The notes under the pieces are model-generated. The model saw only the letters and a program-made list of their open reading frames with translations. It had not been told where the DNA came from and did not search any database. 64,000 bases of DNA from an uncultured Bacilli bacterium. GTDB taxonomy: Bacteria > Bacillota_I > Bacilli_A > RF39 > UBA660. Positions 30,032-41,221 of the stretch are shown piece by piece. Numbering within the stretch: position 1 is the first letter of the stretch; each line of letters starts with the position of its first letter. Where the stretch lies: positions 4,802 through 68,801 of the forward strand of contig CANRKL010000001.1 of the NCBI GenBank assembly GCA_947631205.1, given 5' to 3'. The position numbers and the translations under genes were made by a program.

Positions 30032-31834
30032 ATGGTTACTTATCAAAACCGCAGTGAAGTACCAGAAAAATACAAATGGGATTTAACAAGTTTTTTCACT
30101 GATGAAGAAGATTATCAAAAAAATTTTAAATGTGCTAAAGAAAAAATTCATAACTTAGAGAAATATAAAGGATGTACTAAAAACCCTCAAAAATTATTTG
30201 AATTTTTAGAAAGTGAAATTGCAACAATTGCTTTATGTGAAGATTTATATGTTTATTCATTTTTAATAAATGACCAAGAATTAGGAGTATCTAAAAGCAT
30301 TGAAAGAATGAATGAAGCTAGTAATTTATATGGCACATTAGATGTAACATTAAGTTTCTTTGCTCCAGAGCTATTAAAACTTAGTCAAGATGAATATGAA
30401 AAACTATTTAAAGACAATGCTAAATTACTTGAATATAAAGCTTTATTAGATGATATTTATAGAGAAAAAGACCATATATTAAATGAACAAGAAGAAAGTA
30501 TCATCTCAACTTTAGTAAATTCTATGAACCATTATGAAGAAATATCATCAACAATGCTAAATAAAGAACATAATTATGGAAAAATAAAGATTAATGAAGA
30601 AGAAATAACTATCTCTTCTACCAACTATCGTAAATTAATGAAAAACGAAGATAAAAAAATAAGACAAAAAGTCTATAATTCCTATCAAAAAGTATTAAGT
30701 AACTATGCTGATACAAGTGCGTCCTTATTAAATTCTTATGTAAATATGTGTCAAAAATTAGCTTTACTTCATCATTATGAAAGCTCTTGGGAAGAAAAAT
30801 TATTTGATTTAAAATTAAGTAATAAAGTATTTCAAACATTAGTTACAACTGTTGAAAAAAATTTGTCAGTACTACATGACTTTTATAAATTAAAAGCCCA
30901 AGTTTTACAAACTAAAAAATTAAAAATGAGCGACTTATTTTTAAACATGACCAATAATTCTAAAGAATACACAATTGAAGATGCCCAAGATATTATCAGA
31001 AAATCTTTAAAACCTTTAGGAAGTGATTATTTATCTAAATATGAAAAAATAATTACTAATCATTACATAGATTATTGTCAATATAAAGGTAAATGTAGTG
31101 GAGGATATTCTTGTAATACCATGAGACAAGACTCCAGAATTCTTCTAAGCTTTAATGGTGAATTAGATTCAGTCTCTACAATCGCCCATGAAGCAGGACA
31201 CAATGTTCACAGCCAGTATTTAAAAGAAAATAATCCAATTTATTATGCTAATGCCCCTCACGTTGTCTGTGAAGTTGCCTCTTTAACCAATGAATTTTTA
31301 TTATCTTATTATATTGAAAAAAATAGTCATAATAAAAATGAACGTTTGAATGGTATTGAAAATATCTTAAATGTTATGATATCTAACCTTTTTGGAGCTG
31401 TAAGAGAAGGGGTATTAGAACAACATATGTATGATACAGTAAAAAACGAAAAAACTATTACTAAAGAATACTTAAATAACCTAGCTTTAAAGTCCTTAAA
31501 AAAGTATTATGGACCAAGTGTAGTTACAGATAAATATGCTCAAAATAACTGGATTACTAGAAGTCATTATTATATGAATTTCTATCTTTATAGTTATGCT
31601 ATATGTGTTACAGCCGCTTCTAATTTAGCTTTAGAAATATTTAATGGAAATAAAGAAGTTACTAATAAATATATCGAATTTTTAAAAACTGGTTCTTCTA
31701 AAGACCCTATGGAAATATTTAATATTTTAGGTATTAATTTAGAAGATGAAAAATTTTATGAAACAGCAATTAATAATTTTGCTAGTTTAGTAAAGAAATA
31801 TAAAGAAATATTTGAAGGTGATGAAGATGAATAA
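30032..31834 (+). CDS. pepF: Oligoendopeptidase F (M3B family).
   Basis: The HEAGH zinc motif ([11 protein letters not shown]) and M3B-family architecture are present. It is unusually located between dnaK and dnaJ. Confidence 0.85.
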   Translation: MVTYQNRSEVPEKYKWDLTSFFTDEEDYQKNFKCAKEKIHNLEKYKGCTKNPQKLFEFLESEIATIALCEDLYVYSFLINDQELGVSKSIERMNEASNLYGTLDVTLSFFAPELLKLSQDEYEKLFKDNAKLLEYKALLDDIYREKDHILNEQEESIISTLVNSMNHYEEISSTMLNKEHNYGKIKINEEEITISSTNYRKLMKNEDKKIRQKVYNSYQKVLSNYADTSASLLNSYVNMCQKLALLHHYESSWEEKLFDLKLSNKVFQTLVTTVEKNLSVLHDFYKLKAQVLQTKKLKMSDLFLNMTNNSKEYTIEDAQDIIRKSLKPLGSDYLSKYEKIITNHYIDYCQYKGKCSGGYSCNTMRQDSRILLSFNGELDSVSTIAHEAGHNVHSQYLKENNPIYYANAPHVVCEVASLTNEFLLSYYIEKNSHNKNERLNGIENILNVMISNLFGAVREGVLEQHMYDTVKNEKTITKEYLNNLALKSLKKYYGPSVVTDKYAQNNWITRSHYYMNFYLYSYAICVTAASNLALEIFNGNKEVTNKYIEFLKTGSSKDPMEIFNILGINLEDEKFYETAINNFASLVKKYKEIFEGDEDE

Positions 31835-32957
31835 AAAAGATTATTATGAAGTATTAGGTGTTAGTAAAGACGCTAGTGAAGATGACATCAAAAGAGCATT
31901 TAGAAAACTAGCTAAACAATATCACCCCGATATAAATAAAGAACCTGGTGCCGAAGAAAAATTTAAAGAAATAGGAGAAGCTTATGCGGTATTATCAGAC
32001 CCTCAAAAAAGAAGTCAATACGACCAATTTGGACATGCGGCATTTGATGGTGGAGCAGGCGGCTTTGGTGGCTTTAATGCCAGTGACATAGATTTAGGTG
32101 AAATATTGCGAGCTGCTTTTGGTGATTCTTTTGGTGGCTTTGGCGGATTTTCTGATTTTTTTGGAGGTGGAGGAAGAAGTTCTAACACGCGTGCTAGAAA
32201 AGGAAGAGATACCTTACTTAGAGTTGATTTAACCTTTGAAGAAGCTGTCTTTGGAAGCGATAAAGATTTTGATTTAACTTTAAATGAAACCTGTGATAAC
32301 TGCCATGGTAAAGGAGGATTTGATGAAGTTACTTGTGATTATTGTCACGGTAATGGATATGTAGTAACCGAACAAAGAAGCATATTTGGTGTAATTCAAA
32401 GTCAAAGTACTTGTCCTAAATGCCATGGTAAAGGTAAAAGTTTTAAAAATACTTGTAGTGATTGTAATGGAACTGGTAAAGTAAAAAAGAAAAAAACTAT
32501 TTCTATCCATATTCCAGAAGGAGTTGATAATGGTTATCAATTAAGAATCTCTGGCAAAGGAGAGTCTGGAGTAAATGGTGGCCCTAATGGAGATATTTAC
32601 TTAGAATGTTATGTTAAACCAAGTAACTTCTATGAAAGAGATGGACAAGATTTATATATTGAGGTCCCTATTACCATTCCCGAAGCTGTTTTAGGATGTA
32701 AAAAAGAAATACCAACCATTTATGGTAATGTTATTATGGAAATTAAAGCTGGAACTCAAAATAATACTAAATATAAATTAAAAGGAAAAGGTATAAAAAG
32801 TCCTAATTCTCTTAGAAAAGGTGATGAATATGTCATCGTAAAAGTTATCATTCCTAACAAAATAACACGTGACCAAAAGAAATTATTTGAAAGTTTAGCT
32901 AAAACTGATTTAGATAATAGTAGTGAATTTAAAGAATTTACTAGAAATTTAAAATAA
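31827..32957 (+). CDS. dnaJ: Co-chaperone DnaJ.
   Basis: It has a J domain (KDYYEVLGV...HPD), a G/F-rich region and four CxxCxGxG zinc-finger repeats. The start is at the ATG 6 nt after a GAAGGTG RBS (the track ORF starts at 31812) and overlaps the pepF stop. Confidence 0.95.
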   Translation: MNKKDYYEVLGVSKDASEDDIKRAFRKLAKQYHPDINKEPGAEEKFKEIGEAYAVLSDPQKRSQYDQFGHAAFDGGAGGFGGFNASDIDLGEILRAAFGDSFGGFGGFSDFFGGGGRSSNTRARKGRDTLLRVDLTFEEAVFGSDKDFDLTLNETCDNCHGKGGFDEVTCDYCHGNGYVVTEQRSIFGVIQSQSTCPKCHGKGKSFKNTCSDCNGTGKVKKKKTISIHIPEGVDNGYQLRISGKGESGVNGGPNGDIYLECYVKPSNFYERDGQDLYIEVPITIPEAVLGCKKEIPTIYGNVIMEIKAGTQNNTKYKLKGKGIKSPNSLRKGDEYVIVKVIIPNKITRDQKKLFESLAKTDLDNSSEFKEFTRNLK

Positions 32958-33062
32958 ACTTCTACATAAACCTAGAAGTTTTTCTTATGCCTTAAAAATA
33001 ATTTAAAAGACTCTAGTCAATATTAGATATTTTTGATAAAATATTTAAAGGAGTTGAATGTT

Positions 33063-33455
33063 ATGTTAAGTAGAACAAAATTAAGAAGTATAGCAATAAC
33101 TATTCTTTATCAAATAAATATTCAAAAAGAAAATAACCTTTCCTATGATGTTGATGAAATAATTAAAGACAATTTAAAAATTGATAATCAGTTTGTTAAA
33201 GAATTAGTTCATGGAGTAATAAATCATGAACAAGAATTAATAGATTTAGCTAATAAATACTTAAGTAATTGGAAAGTTAATCGTATAAATAAAGTTGGAG
33301 CAGTTATCTTATTAAGTGCTTTATATGAACTAAAATACATGGATACTCCGTCAATAGTTGTGATAAATGAAGCTGTTAATTTAGCTAAAGAATATAGTGA
33401 TGAAGAATTAGCTAAAATGATTAATGCAGTCTTAGACCGTTATATAAAAGAATAA
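33063..33455 (+). CDS. nusB: Transcription antitermination factor NusB.
   Basis: The NusB family N-terminus (SRTKLRSIAITILYQ) is present. The start was chosen 9 nt after an AAGGAG RBS (the track ORF starts at 33033). Confidence 0.8.
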   Translation: MLSRTKLRSIAITILYQINIQKENNLSYDVDEIIKDNLKIDNQFVKELVHGVINHEQELIDLANKYLSNWKVNRINKVGAVILLSALYELKYMDTPSIVVINEAVNLAKEYSDEELAKMINAVLDRYIKE

Positions 33456-33468
33456 AATAAGAAAGTAG

Positions 33469-34818
33469 GTGATATTAATGATGAATACCAAATATCTATC
33501 TATTGCTCAAATAAATAATTATATAAAAGTAATGTTTGATGAAAATATTCATTTAAAAAAAGTTTATTTAAAAGGTGAAATAAGCAATTTTAAAAGACAT
33601 ACAACAGGACATCTTTATTTAACTTTAAAAGATGATAATTCAAGAATAAGTGCAATTATGTTTCGCAGTAGTGCAAGCACCCTAACATTTACTCCACAAG
33701 ATGGAATGAATGTCTTAGTTGAGGGTAGAATAAGTGTTTATCCTATGGGTGGAACATATCAAATATATATTGATAAAATGGAGCAAGATGGACTAGGTAA
33801 TCTTTATATAAAATTTGAAGAATTAAAAAGAAAACTCCAAATGGAAGGCTTATTTGCCCAAAGTCATAAAAGACCAATTCCTAAATATCCCAAAAGAATA
33901 GGTATTGTAACAGCACCAACCGGAGCAGCTATTAGAGATATATTAAGTACTATAAAAAGAAGATTCCCAGTATGTGAAACCATTTTATTTCCAGCCTTAG
34001 TTCAAGGAGTTTCTGCTTCCCCAAGTGTTGCCAAACAAATAGAAGTAGCTAACAAATATGATATTGATTTATTAATTGTTGGTAGGGGCGGTGGTTCTAT
34101 TGAAGACTTGTGGGCTTTTAATGAAGAAATTGTTGCAAGAGCAATATATAACTCCAGAGTTCCTGTAATAAGTGCAGTTGGTCATGAAGTAGATTTTACA
34201 ATCGCTGATTATGTTGCGGATTTAAGAGCTCCAACCCCCACAGGAGCTGCTGAAATGGCTGTTCCAACTATTTTAGAAGTTAAAAATGATTTAAAAACCA
34301 TTGAAATAAAATGTTTAAATGCTATTAACTCTAAAATAGAAAACTTAAAACACAAGTTAAAACAACAAAAAGAAAATTATATCTTAAAAAATCCGACTGT
34401 CTTATATGATATAAAAGCTCAAAAATTAATAAATATTGAAGATAGTTTAAATAAAAACATCATGAAAAAACTAGAAACTAGCAAGTTAGCTTTAGAAAAA
34501 TATCAAACCAATTATTTATTAAACAATCCTCAAAAAATTTTAGAACTTAAAAAAAGCGATTTAGAAAAACTAACAGAATCTCTTTATAATGCTCAGAAAT
34601 ATTACCTAGAAAAAAAAGAAAATAATATCGAAATGATTATCCAAACCCTAAAACTATTAAATCCCTTAAATATTTTAGATAAAGGATACTCATTAGTTAA
34701 AAAAGATGATAAAATAATTAAAGATATTGCTGATGTTAAAGAAAATGATAATTTAAATATTATATTAAGTAAAGGAAAATTAAATGTTATAGTAAAGGAG
34801 AAGATTTATGAAAAATAG
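33469..34818 (+). CDS. xseA: Exodeoxyribonuclease VII large subunit.
   Basis: It has an OB-fold N-terminus and the XseA catalytic core, and it overlaps xseB. Confidence 0.9.
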   Translation: MILMMNTKYLSIAQINNYIKVMFDENIHLKKVYLKGEISNFKRHTTGHLYLTLKDDNSRISAIMFRSSASTLTFTPQDGMNVLVEGRISVYPMGGTYQIYIDKMEQDGLGNLYIKFEELKRKLQMEGLFAQSHKRPIPKYPKRIGIVTAPTGAAIRDILSTIKRRFPVCETILFPALVQGVSASPSVAKQIEVANKYDIDLLIVGRGGGSIEDLWAFNEEIVARAIYNSRVPVISAVGHEVDFTIADYVADLRAPTPTGAAEMAVPTILEVKNDLKTIEIKCLNAINSKIENLKHKLKQQKENYILKNPTVLYDIKAQKLINIEDSLNKNIMKKLETSKLALEKYQTNYLLNNPQKILELKKSDLEKLTESLYNAQKYYLEKKENNIEMIIQTLKLLNPLNILDKGYSLVKKDDKIIKDIADVKENDNLNIILSKGKLNVIVKEKIYEK

Positions 34819-35059
34819 TGAAAAAACATTTGAAAGTGCCCTAGAAGAATTAGAGGTAATAGTTAAAGATTTAGAAAGTGGTAATATTGCTTTAGAAGAA
34901 GCTATGAATAAATATACTACAGCTATGAATTTAATTAAATTATGTCAAGATAAATTAGATAAAGCTACTAAAAAAGTAAATAAAATTCTAACTGAAAACA
35001 ATGAGTTAGTTGATTTTGAAGTAAGTGAGAGTGAAGACAATGGCGAAAGTGCTGGATAA
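34808..35059 (+). CDS. xseB: Exodeoxyribonuclease VII small subunit.
   Basis: It is a small helical protein with FEEAL..LE.IV..LE.G...LEE, and it is coupled to xseA. Confidence 0.8.
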   Translation: MKNSEKTFESALEELEVIVKDLESGNIALEEAMNKYTTAMNLIKLCQDKLDKATKKVNKILTENNELVDFEVSESEDNGESAG

Positions 35060-36455
35060 AATTACCCCAAGAGATGTTGATTTTGCTAAATGGTATACAG
35101 ATGTCATTACTGCTGCTAAATTAGTTAGTTATTCAAATACTAAAGGAAGTATGATAATTTGTCCTAATGGTTATGCTATATGGGAAGAGATTGTCCGTCA
35201 TTTAGATAAATCTTTTAAAGAAACAAACCATCAAAATGTCCAAATGCCTATGTTTATTCCAGAGTCCCTTTTAAATATCGAAAAAGAACACGTTAAAGGC
35301 TTTGCACCCGAAGTTGCCTGGGTTACCCATGGAGGAGAAGAAAAACTAGAAGAAAGACTTTGTGTAAGACCAACAAGTGAAGTTCTTTTCTGTGATCACT
35401 TTAAAAATATCATCAAGTCTTATCGGGACTTACCAGTTTTATACAATCAGTGGTGTACGATAGTTCGTTGGGAAAAAACAACCAGACCATTTCTAAGAAG
35501 TAGAGAAATCCTTTGGCAAGAAGGACATACTATGCACAAAACAGCCGAAAGTGCCTTAGAAGAAACATTAAAAATGTTAAAAATTTATGAAGATTTTCAA
35601 AGAAATATTTTAGCATTACCAGTTATAGTTGGCGAAAAAACTGAAAAAGAAAAATTTGCTGGTGCTATAAAAACTTATACCATTGAAGCTATGATGTATG
35701 ATGGAGTAGCCCTTCAAAATGGAACTAGTCATTATTTTGGAGATAATTTTGCTAAAGCTTTTGGAATAACTTACTTAGATGAAGATAATACCTACAAAAC
35801 ACCATTTCAAACTAGTTGGGGTTGTACAACCAGAATGATTGGAGCAATTATAATGACCCATGGTGATGATAGAGGTCTTGTATTACCCCCAAATATTGCC
35901 CCAACAAAAGTCATTATTATTCCAATAGGAGAAGATGAAAGAATAACAAAGACTGTTAAAGAAATAACTAAAAACATTCAGGGTATTTCCTACCGCGTTG
36001 ATGATTCTAAAAAAAGTCCTGGATTTAAATTTGCGGAAGCTGAGGTTCTAGGAATTCCTATTCGAATTGAAATAGGCTTAAGAGATTTAGAAAAAGAAGA
36101 AGTTACTCTAGTAAGAAGAGATACCTTAGAAAAAATTCCTGTAAGTATTTCTCAAGTAAAAGATAAAATAACTGAGATTCTAACAGTTATACAAAAAGAT
36201 ATGTATAATAAAGCTTTAGAAAGAAGAAATACAATGCTTCATCAAGCTAAAGACTATGAAGAAATGAAAAATATTGCTCAAAACTTACCTGGATTTATTA
36301 AAATAAATTGGTGTGGTAATGTTGAATGTGAAGATAAAGTTAAAGATGAATTAAACATTAAAAGCCGTTGTATAATTGATGAAGAAGTTGATGGTCCATG
36401 TGCTATATGTGGTAAAAAAGCAACAAAAAAAATATATTTTGGTAAACAATATTAA
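35025..36455 (+). CDS. proS: Prolyl-tRNA synthetase, archaeal/eukaryotic-like type with a C-terminal zinc-binding domain.
   Basis: The class II motifs are present. It lacks the bacterial INS editing domain. The C-terminal cysteine cluster reads CGNVEC...C..CG. The start is either 35025 or the in-frame ATG at 35040. Confidence 0.9.
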   Translation: MRVKTMAKVLDKITPRDVDFAKWYTDVITAAKLVSYSNTKGSMIICPNGYAIWEEIVRHLDKSFKETNHQNVQMPMFIPESLLNIEKEHVKGFAPEVAWVTHGGEEKLEERLCVRPTSEVLFCDHFKNIIKSYRDLPVLYNQWCTIVRWEKTTRPFLRSREILWQEGHTMHKTAESALEETLKMLKIYEDFQRNILALPVIVGEKTEKEKFAGAIKTYTIEAMMYDGVALQNGTSHYFGDNFAKAFGITYLDEDNTYKTPFQTSWGCTTRMIGAIIMTHGDDRGLVLPPNIAPTKVIIIPIGEDERITKTVKEITKNIQGISYRVDDSKKSPGFKFAEAEVLGIPIRIEIGLRDLEKEEVTLVRRDTLEKIPVSISQVKDKITEILTVIQKDMYNKALERRNTMLHQAKDYEEMKNIAQNLPGFIKINWCGNVECEDKVKDELNIKSRCIIDEEVDGPCAICGKKATKKIYFGKQY

Positions 36456-36488
36456 TAACTTTTTATTAATATTGTTTTTATAAAGGAA

Positions 36489-37358
36489 GTGTCATACGTG
36501 AATAAAAGATATAAAAATGCTAAAAAAATTAGCTTCTTAAGCTTACTTGCTAATATTTTTTTATTAATCATTAAATTAGTTGTGGGAGTACTTTCTAATA
36601 GTCAATCAATGATTGGGGACGCCTTAAACAGTGGGGGAGACATCTTTTCCTCAATGCTATCTTATGTAGGAAATAAAATTGCTTTAAAACCTCGAGATGA
36701 CGAACATAATTTAGGTTATGGAAAAGCCGAATACATCTATGCTATTTTAATTGCTGTAGTAATGATTTATATAGCTTTTAAATTATTTATTTCTTCCCTA
36801 AAATCATTAATTTGGCCTAATAATTATCTTTTTTCGTGGTACTTAATTTTAGTATGTCTTATAACCATCTTAGTTAAATTAATTCTATTTTTTTACACCA
36901 AAAAAGAAGAAGCCAAAAATCACAACATATTACTTAAAGCTGCAATGAATGACCATCGTAACGATATTTTCTTAACCCTATTAAACCTAGTTGCTTGTCT
37001 TTTTAGCTATTATAAAATTACTATAATTGATTCTTTAGTTGGAACATTTATAGCTATTTGGATTTTTTATACAGCATATAAAATTTATAAAGAAGCTTAT
37101 TTTATTTTAATGGACCGTTCAATAGATGAAGAGTCTAAAAAACAAGTCTTAGAAATAATTAAAAAACATCCTGAAGTAATCAAAATTAATCATTTTAATT
37201 CCACACCCGTTGGTTATCAATATCAAATTAATTTAACTATCTTTGTTGATGGTAATTTAACCACATTTGCCAGTCACGAAATAGCTAATCAACTAGAAAA
37301 AGAAATAGATGAAATAGATAATATTTGTTTAACAGTTATCCATGTAAATCCCATATAA
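36489..37358 (+). CDS. Cation diffusion facilitator (CDF) family divalent-cation efflux transporter.
   Basis: It has six TM helices followed by a C-terminal cytoplasmic domain, with CDF signature residues in TM2 and TM5 (e.g. HNLGYG). It probably starts at a GTG (36489 or 36498). Confidence 0.8.
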   Translation: MSYVNKRYKNAKKISFLSLLANIFLLIIKLVVGVLSNSQSMIGDALNSGGDIFSSMLSYVGNKIALKPRDDEHNLGYGKAEYIYAILIAVVMIYIAFKLFISSLKSLIWPNNYLFSWYLILVCLITILVKLILFFYTKKEEAKNHNILLKAAMNDHRNDIFLTLLNLVACLFSYYKITIIDSLVGTFIAIWIFYTAYKIYKEAYFILMDRSIDEESKKQVLEIIKKHPEVIKINHFNSTPVGYQYQINLTIFVDGNLTTFASHEIANQLEKEIDEIDNICLTVIHVNPI

Positions 37359-37385
37359 AAACCCCATAATAGGGATTTTTTTAAT
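37359..37385. terminator. Bidirectional terminator between convergent genes.
   Basis: AAAAACCC-cataata-GGGATTTTTTT. Confidence 0.4.
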
Positions 37386-38349
37386 TTAATAATTCATCGC
37401 CTTTACTTAACATACTACTTATAAAAATAGCATATCCTGAAAGAGGATTATCGACAATTACATGAGTAACTGCTCCAATAATTTTATTATTTTGAACGAT
37501 AGGTGAACCACTCATTCCCTGAATAATTCCCCCTGATTGTTTAATTAAATCATTATCTATTATTTCAAAAGTCATATTTTTAGTATCATTATAATCTTGA
37601 ATTGAAGTAATTTTTATATCAAATTCTTGTTTATCTTGCCCTTTTAAAACCGTATATATTTTCGCATCTCCAATTTTTATTTCATCATTACTAGCAACTT
37701 CTATTTTATTTCCACTTATATCATCTTCCCACTTTCCATAAATACCTTTTGAAGTATTTTCTACAATATTACCATATACATGATTATAGTTAAAGAAAGC
37801 ATTTTTTTCACCAGCTTCACCAGTAACACTTTTCTTAATACTAGTAACAGTACTTTCATATATCTTACCTGTTTTAACTTCTACCATTTTAGTAGATTTA
37901 CTCTCTAAAATCTCATGTCCTAAAGCCCCATAAATTTTCGTTTCTGGGTCAATATAAGTAAGAGTTCCAATTCCATTTATATTATCTTTAACATATAAAC
38001 CTGTCTTATATATTCCATCAACTTGCTCAAGTTCCATAGCAATATCTATTTCTTCATTATTTCTCTTAACTGTTAAATTAACATTTTTATCAAGATTTTT
38101 TTCAATTTCCTTAGTTAAATCATCTATCGTATTTACAGTAAAACCATTAACTTTAATAATTTCATCACCAATCTTTATTTCAGGATTTCCCTTTAAAGTT
38201 TTCCCATTAACATTATAAAATCCAATAACTAATATACCATTAGTATCAATATGAATTCCAATATTCTCGCCACCTAAAATAACTTCATTTGAATAAGCTA
38301 AAACATTAATAGGTAACAATAGAATAAATAATATCAATAACTTTTTCAT
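37381..38349 (-). CDS. spoIVB: SpoIVB-like S55 serine peptidase with a PDZ domain.
   Basis: It has a signal peptide, a PDZ-like region, and a C-terminal GGIIQGMSGSPIV (catalytic Ser in GxSGSPI) typical of peptidase S55. Confidence 0.7.
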   Translation of the reverse strand: MKKLLILFILLLPINVLAYSNEVILGGENIGIHIDTNGILVIGFYNVNGKTLKGNPEIKIGDEIIKVNGFTVNTIDDLTKEIEKNLDKNVNLTVKRNNEEIDIAMELEQVDGIYKTGLYVKDNINGIGTLTYIDPETKIYGALGHEILESKSTKMVEVKTGKIYESTVTSIKKSVTGEAGEKNAFFNYNHVYGNIVENTSKGIYGKWEDDISGNKIEVASNDEIKIGDAKIYTVLKGQDKQEFDIKITSIQDYNDTKNMTFEIIDNDLIKQSGGIIQGMSGSPIVQNNKIIGAVTHVIVDNPLSGYAIFISSMLSKGDELLN

Positions 38350-38418
38350 GACTAAATCACCTTACCTAATAATAGTATGGATAAAATAGCAAAAAAAAAG
38401 ATGGTAATTTACGGTAAA

Positions 38419-38514
38419 TTAAGATATTGCATAAGCCACAATACTTGCCACAATTCCACCAACCATTATAATTAATGTTACCCAAGTAACAGCCAGTCTA
38501 ACTTTTTTATTCAT
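38419..38514 (-). CDS. Small ORF (31 aa, single TM) not in the ORF track, immediately upstream of the spoIVB-like gene.
   Basis: Translation reads MNKKVRLAVTWVTLIIMVGGIVASIVAYAIS. The evidence is weak. Confidence 0.2.
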   Translation of the reverse strand: MNKKVRLAVTWVTLIIMVGGIVASIVAYAIS

Positions 38515-38575
38515 AGTCTTTCCTCCAACAAATAATTTATCATATTTTAAAGTAAAAGTAAATATAATTAAATGG

Positions 38576-39163
38576 GTGAATACAGTGAATACACTAAAAA
38601 ATTATATTAAAAAACGTAGTAACATCTATTTATTTCTAAGTATTATTTTAATAATAGGCTTTATTTTAGGAATTATTTTAGGTTCATTTAACTCTCAAAA
38701 TATGCAAAGTAGTTTAATATCTTTTAGTAATAATCTAAAAGGACCCAATATATCTATTTTCTTCATTAATTTTGGCATAATTACTTTTTTAATCATCTTA
38801 TCTTTATTTATTATAAGTATTCCTATCTTTGTAATTTATACCTTTTATAAAGGCTTAGAAATAGGCTTTATAGTCTCTTTATTTATGTTTACCTTTAATT
38901 TTAAAGGCTTAATATTTATCATAATATATGCCATATTATTTAATTTAAGTGAAATAATTCTTTTATTTTTACTATTTCCTAAATGTTTAGAAATGACAAG
39001 ATTAACTATTGGTAAATTAATATATCATCATGAAAATGAATTAAAAATATTAAAACTTTTAAAAAATAGCTTAACACTTATTGTACTCATTAATATTTAT
39101 AATTTATTTATGTGTTTATGTGGAAGTCCAATTTTAAACATTTTTCATTTTCTTCTTAACTAA
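38576..39163 (+). CDS. spoIIM: SpoIIM-like (DUF95) membrane protein.
   Basis: The N-terminus LKNYIKKRSNIYLFLSIILIIGFILGIIL resembles the B. subtilis SpoIIM N-terminus. It has about five TM helices. Confidence 0.5.
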   Translation: MNTVNTLKNYIKKRSNIYLFLSIILIIGFILGIILGSFNSQNMQSSLISFSNNLKGPNISIFFINFGIITFLIILSLFIISIPIFVIYTFYKGLEIGFIVSLFMFTFNFKGLIFIIIYAILFNLSEIILLFLLFPKCLEMTRLTIGKLIYHHENELKILKLLKNSLTLIVLINIYNLFMCLCGSPILNIFHFLLN

Positions 39164-39199
39164 TATTTGATATAATATCATCAATTAGGAGTTGATGTT

Positions 39200-40312
39200 A
39201 TGGCTAAAAAAGTAATTGTAGGGATGAGTGGGGGAGTAGATTCAGCAGTAAGTGCTGCCATATTAAAAGAACAAGGATACATTGTTGAAGGACTTTTCAT
39301 GCGCAACTGGGATGCACTTCTAAATAATGATACCCTAGGTAATCCCACTTTAAATAATGATATATGTCCTCAAGAACAAGATTATAATGACGCTTTAAAG
39401 ACTTGTGAAATATTAGGTATTCCCTTACACCGTGTTTTATTTATTAAAGAATATTGGGATAATGTTTTTACTTATTTTTTAAAAGAATTAGAGAAGGGTA
39501 GAACCCCTAATCCAGATGTTTTATGTAATAAATATATAAAATTTGATGTTTTTAAAAAAGAAGCAATTAAATTAGGAGCTGACTATATTGCAACAGGACA
39601 TTATGCCCGAATAGAAGGTTCAAAACTATTAAGAGGAGTAGATTTAAATAAAGACCAAACTTATTTTCTAGCTCAAGTCACTCCCAATCAACTATCTAAT
39701 GTGTTATTTCCAGTCGGTAATATGACTAAAGAAGAAGTTCGCAAAAAAGCTCAAGAATTAGGCTTAAATGTTGCGAATAAAAAAGATTCTACAGGTATAT
39801 GTTTTATTGGTGAGAGAAACTATCAAAAATTTATTAAAAACTATCTTAAACCAAATCCTGGAGATATCATAGATGTTAAAACTAAAAAAGTAATTGGTAA
39901 GCATACTGGCCTTATGAATTACACCATTGGCCAAAGAAGAAACGTTGGCATTTCTGGTTATGAAGAACGTCATTATGTATGTGGTAAAGATGTTAAAAAT
40001 AATATATTATATGTTTCTTTTGATGAAAATAATGAATATTTAATGAGCAATTCTTGTTTAATAGAAGATGTCAATTTTATTAGTAGTACTAAACCAACTT
40101 TTTGCACCGCTAAGTTTCGTTATCGTAGTGAAGATGTCCCTGTTGAATTAAACTACTTAGAAAATAATGAAATATTAGTTAAATATCCGGGAGGATTTAA
40201 AGCAGTTACCCCTGGACAATTTTGTGTCCTTTATTTAGGAGAAGAATGCCTTGGCAGTGGCGTAATAAAAAAAGTATACAAAGATAATAAAGAATTGTGG
40301 TATTTAAAATGA
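39200..40312 (+). CDS. mnmA: tRNA-specific 2-thiouridylase MnmA.
   Basis: The PP-loop SGGVDS and the catalytic cysteines are present in the MnmA family arrangement. Confidence 0.92.
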   Translation: MAKKVIVGMSGGVDSAVSAAILKEQGYIVEGLFMRNWDALLNNDTLGNPTLNNDICPQEQDYNDALKTCEILGIPLHRVLFIKEYWDNVFTYFLKELEKGRTPNPDVLCNKYIKFDVFKKEAIKLGADYIATGHYARIEGSKLLRGVDLNKDQTYFLAQVTPNQLSNVLFPVGNMTKEEVRKKAQELGLNVANKKDSTGICFIGERNYQKFIKNYLKPNPGDIIDVKTKKVIGKHTGLMNYTIGQRRNVGISGYEERHYVCGKDVKNNILYVSFDENNEYLMSNSCLIEDVNFISSTKPTFCTAKFRYRSEDVPVELNYLENNEILVKYPGGFKAVTPGQFCVLYLGEECLGSGVIKKVYKDNKELWYLK

Positions 40313-41133
40313 AAAATTTTTACAGTCAAAAACAAATTAAACAGTTTTTATTAAAAATAAAAGATGAATTTGTTAAAAAGAACCATCTAAATGTCGTCTT
40401 ATCTTTTAAAGATATTAATAATGGAGTATATGCTGAAACAGAGCTTTATATTAATGATGAAGAACAAAAAATCTTAAGTGTAATTAATTATAATTTAAAA
40501 GCTATTTATTTTCCAACCAAAGAACAGTATATATATGAACTATTAGTTACTTTATATCATGAATTATATCATTGCTTAATAAATGAACAATATTATAATC
40601 AAGATAATTTTAGCATTACAGCTTTTCAAAAATATTTGCTTGATTTATCTGATATAGATGATTATCAAGGATTTTATGACGCAAACTACGACCTTATAAA
40701 AGAAGAGTGGAAAGCTCAAATTTATAGTATGTACATGGCTTATTTTTATTTAAAAAATAATATTCCTAATTTTTCTTTTTCTAAAATCAAATATATAAAA
40801 AAAGAATTTACAAACTGTCAAAATCATTTAAAAGAATGCAACTACTTATGGGAAAACAACTCTTTATATGATACATCTACTATGTATGCTAAATTATTAA
40901 CTAAAATTGATATTGAGTCATCTAGTAAATGTTTAAATTTATCTAAAATTATTAATGTTGAAAAACAAAAAATAAAAACATTAGAAGAAATTGAAAATGA
41001 CTATCAATCTTATCTTTTAAAATATGCTTCTAATAGTAAAAAAATTAAAGTAATTAATAAATATTATAATTACATAAAAAATATCATTTATTTATATGAA
41101 AAAAAGGAATTTAACCCAGTTCTTAAAAGGTAA
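40297..41133 (+). CDS. Hypothetical protein with an HExxH motif (HELYH).
   Basis: The ORF is 278 aa and overlaps the mnmA end. No family was recognised. Confidence 0.45.
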   Translation: MVFKMKNFYSQKQIKQFLLKIKDEFVKKNHLNVVLSFKDINNGVYAETELYINDEEQKILSVINYNLKAIYFPTKEQYIYELLVTLYHELYHCLINEQYYNQDNFSITAFQKYLLDLSDIDDYQGFYDANYDLIKEEWKAQIYSMYMAYFYLKNNIPNFSFSKIKYIKKEFTNCQNHLKECNYLWENNSLYDTSTMYAKLLTKIDIESSSKCLNLSKIINVEKQKIKTLEEIENDYQSYLLKYASNSKKIKVINKYYNYIKNIIYLYEKKEFNPVLKR

Positions 41134-41154
41134 TTATAAAATAAATAAAATCTT

Positions 41155-41183
41155 ATACTTGACAGTAAAGTGTTAAGTGACTT
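41155..41183 (+). promoter_or_regulatory. Sigma-A-type promoter.
   Basis: TTGACA, an approximately 18-bp spacer, then TATAAT, upstream of the gene at 41222. Confidence 0.45.
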
Positions 41184-41221
41184 ATAATTATAATGTAAAT
41201 TAAAGGAGAGTAGGGTTCTTT

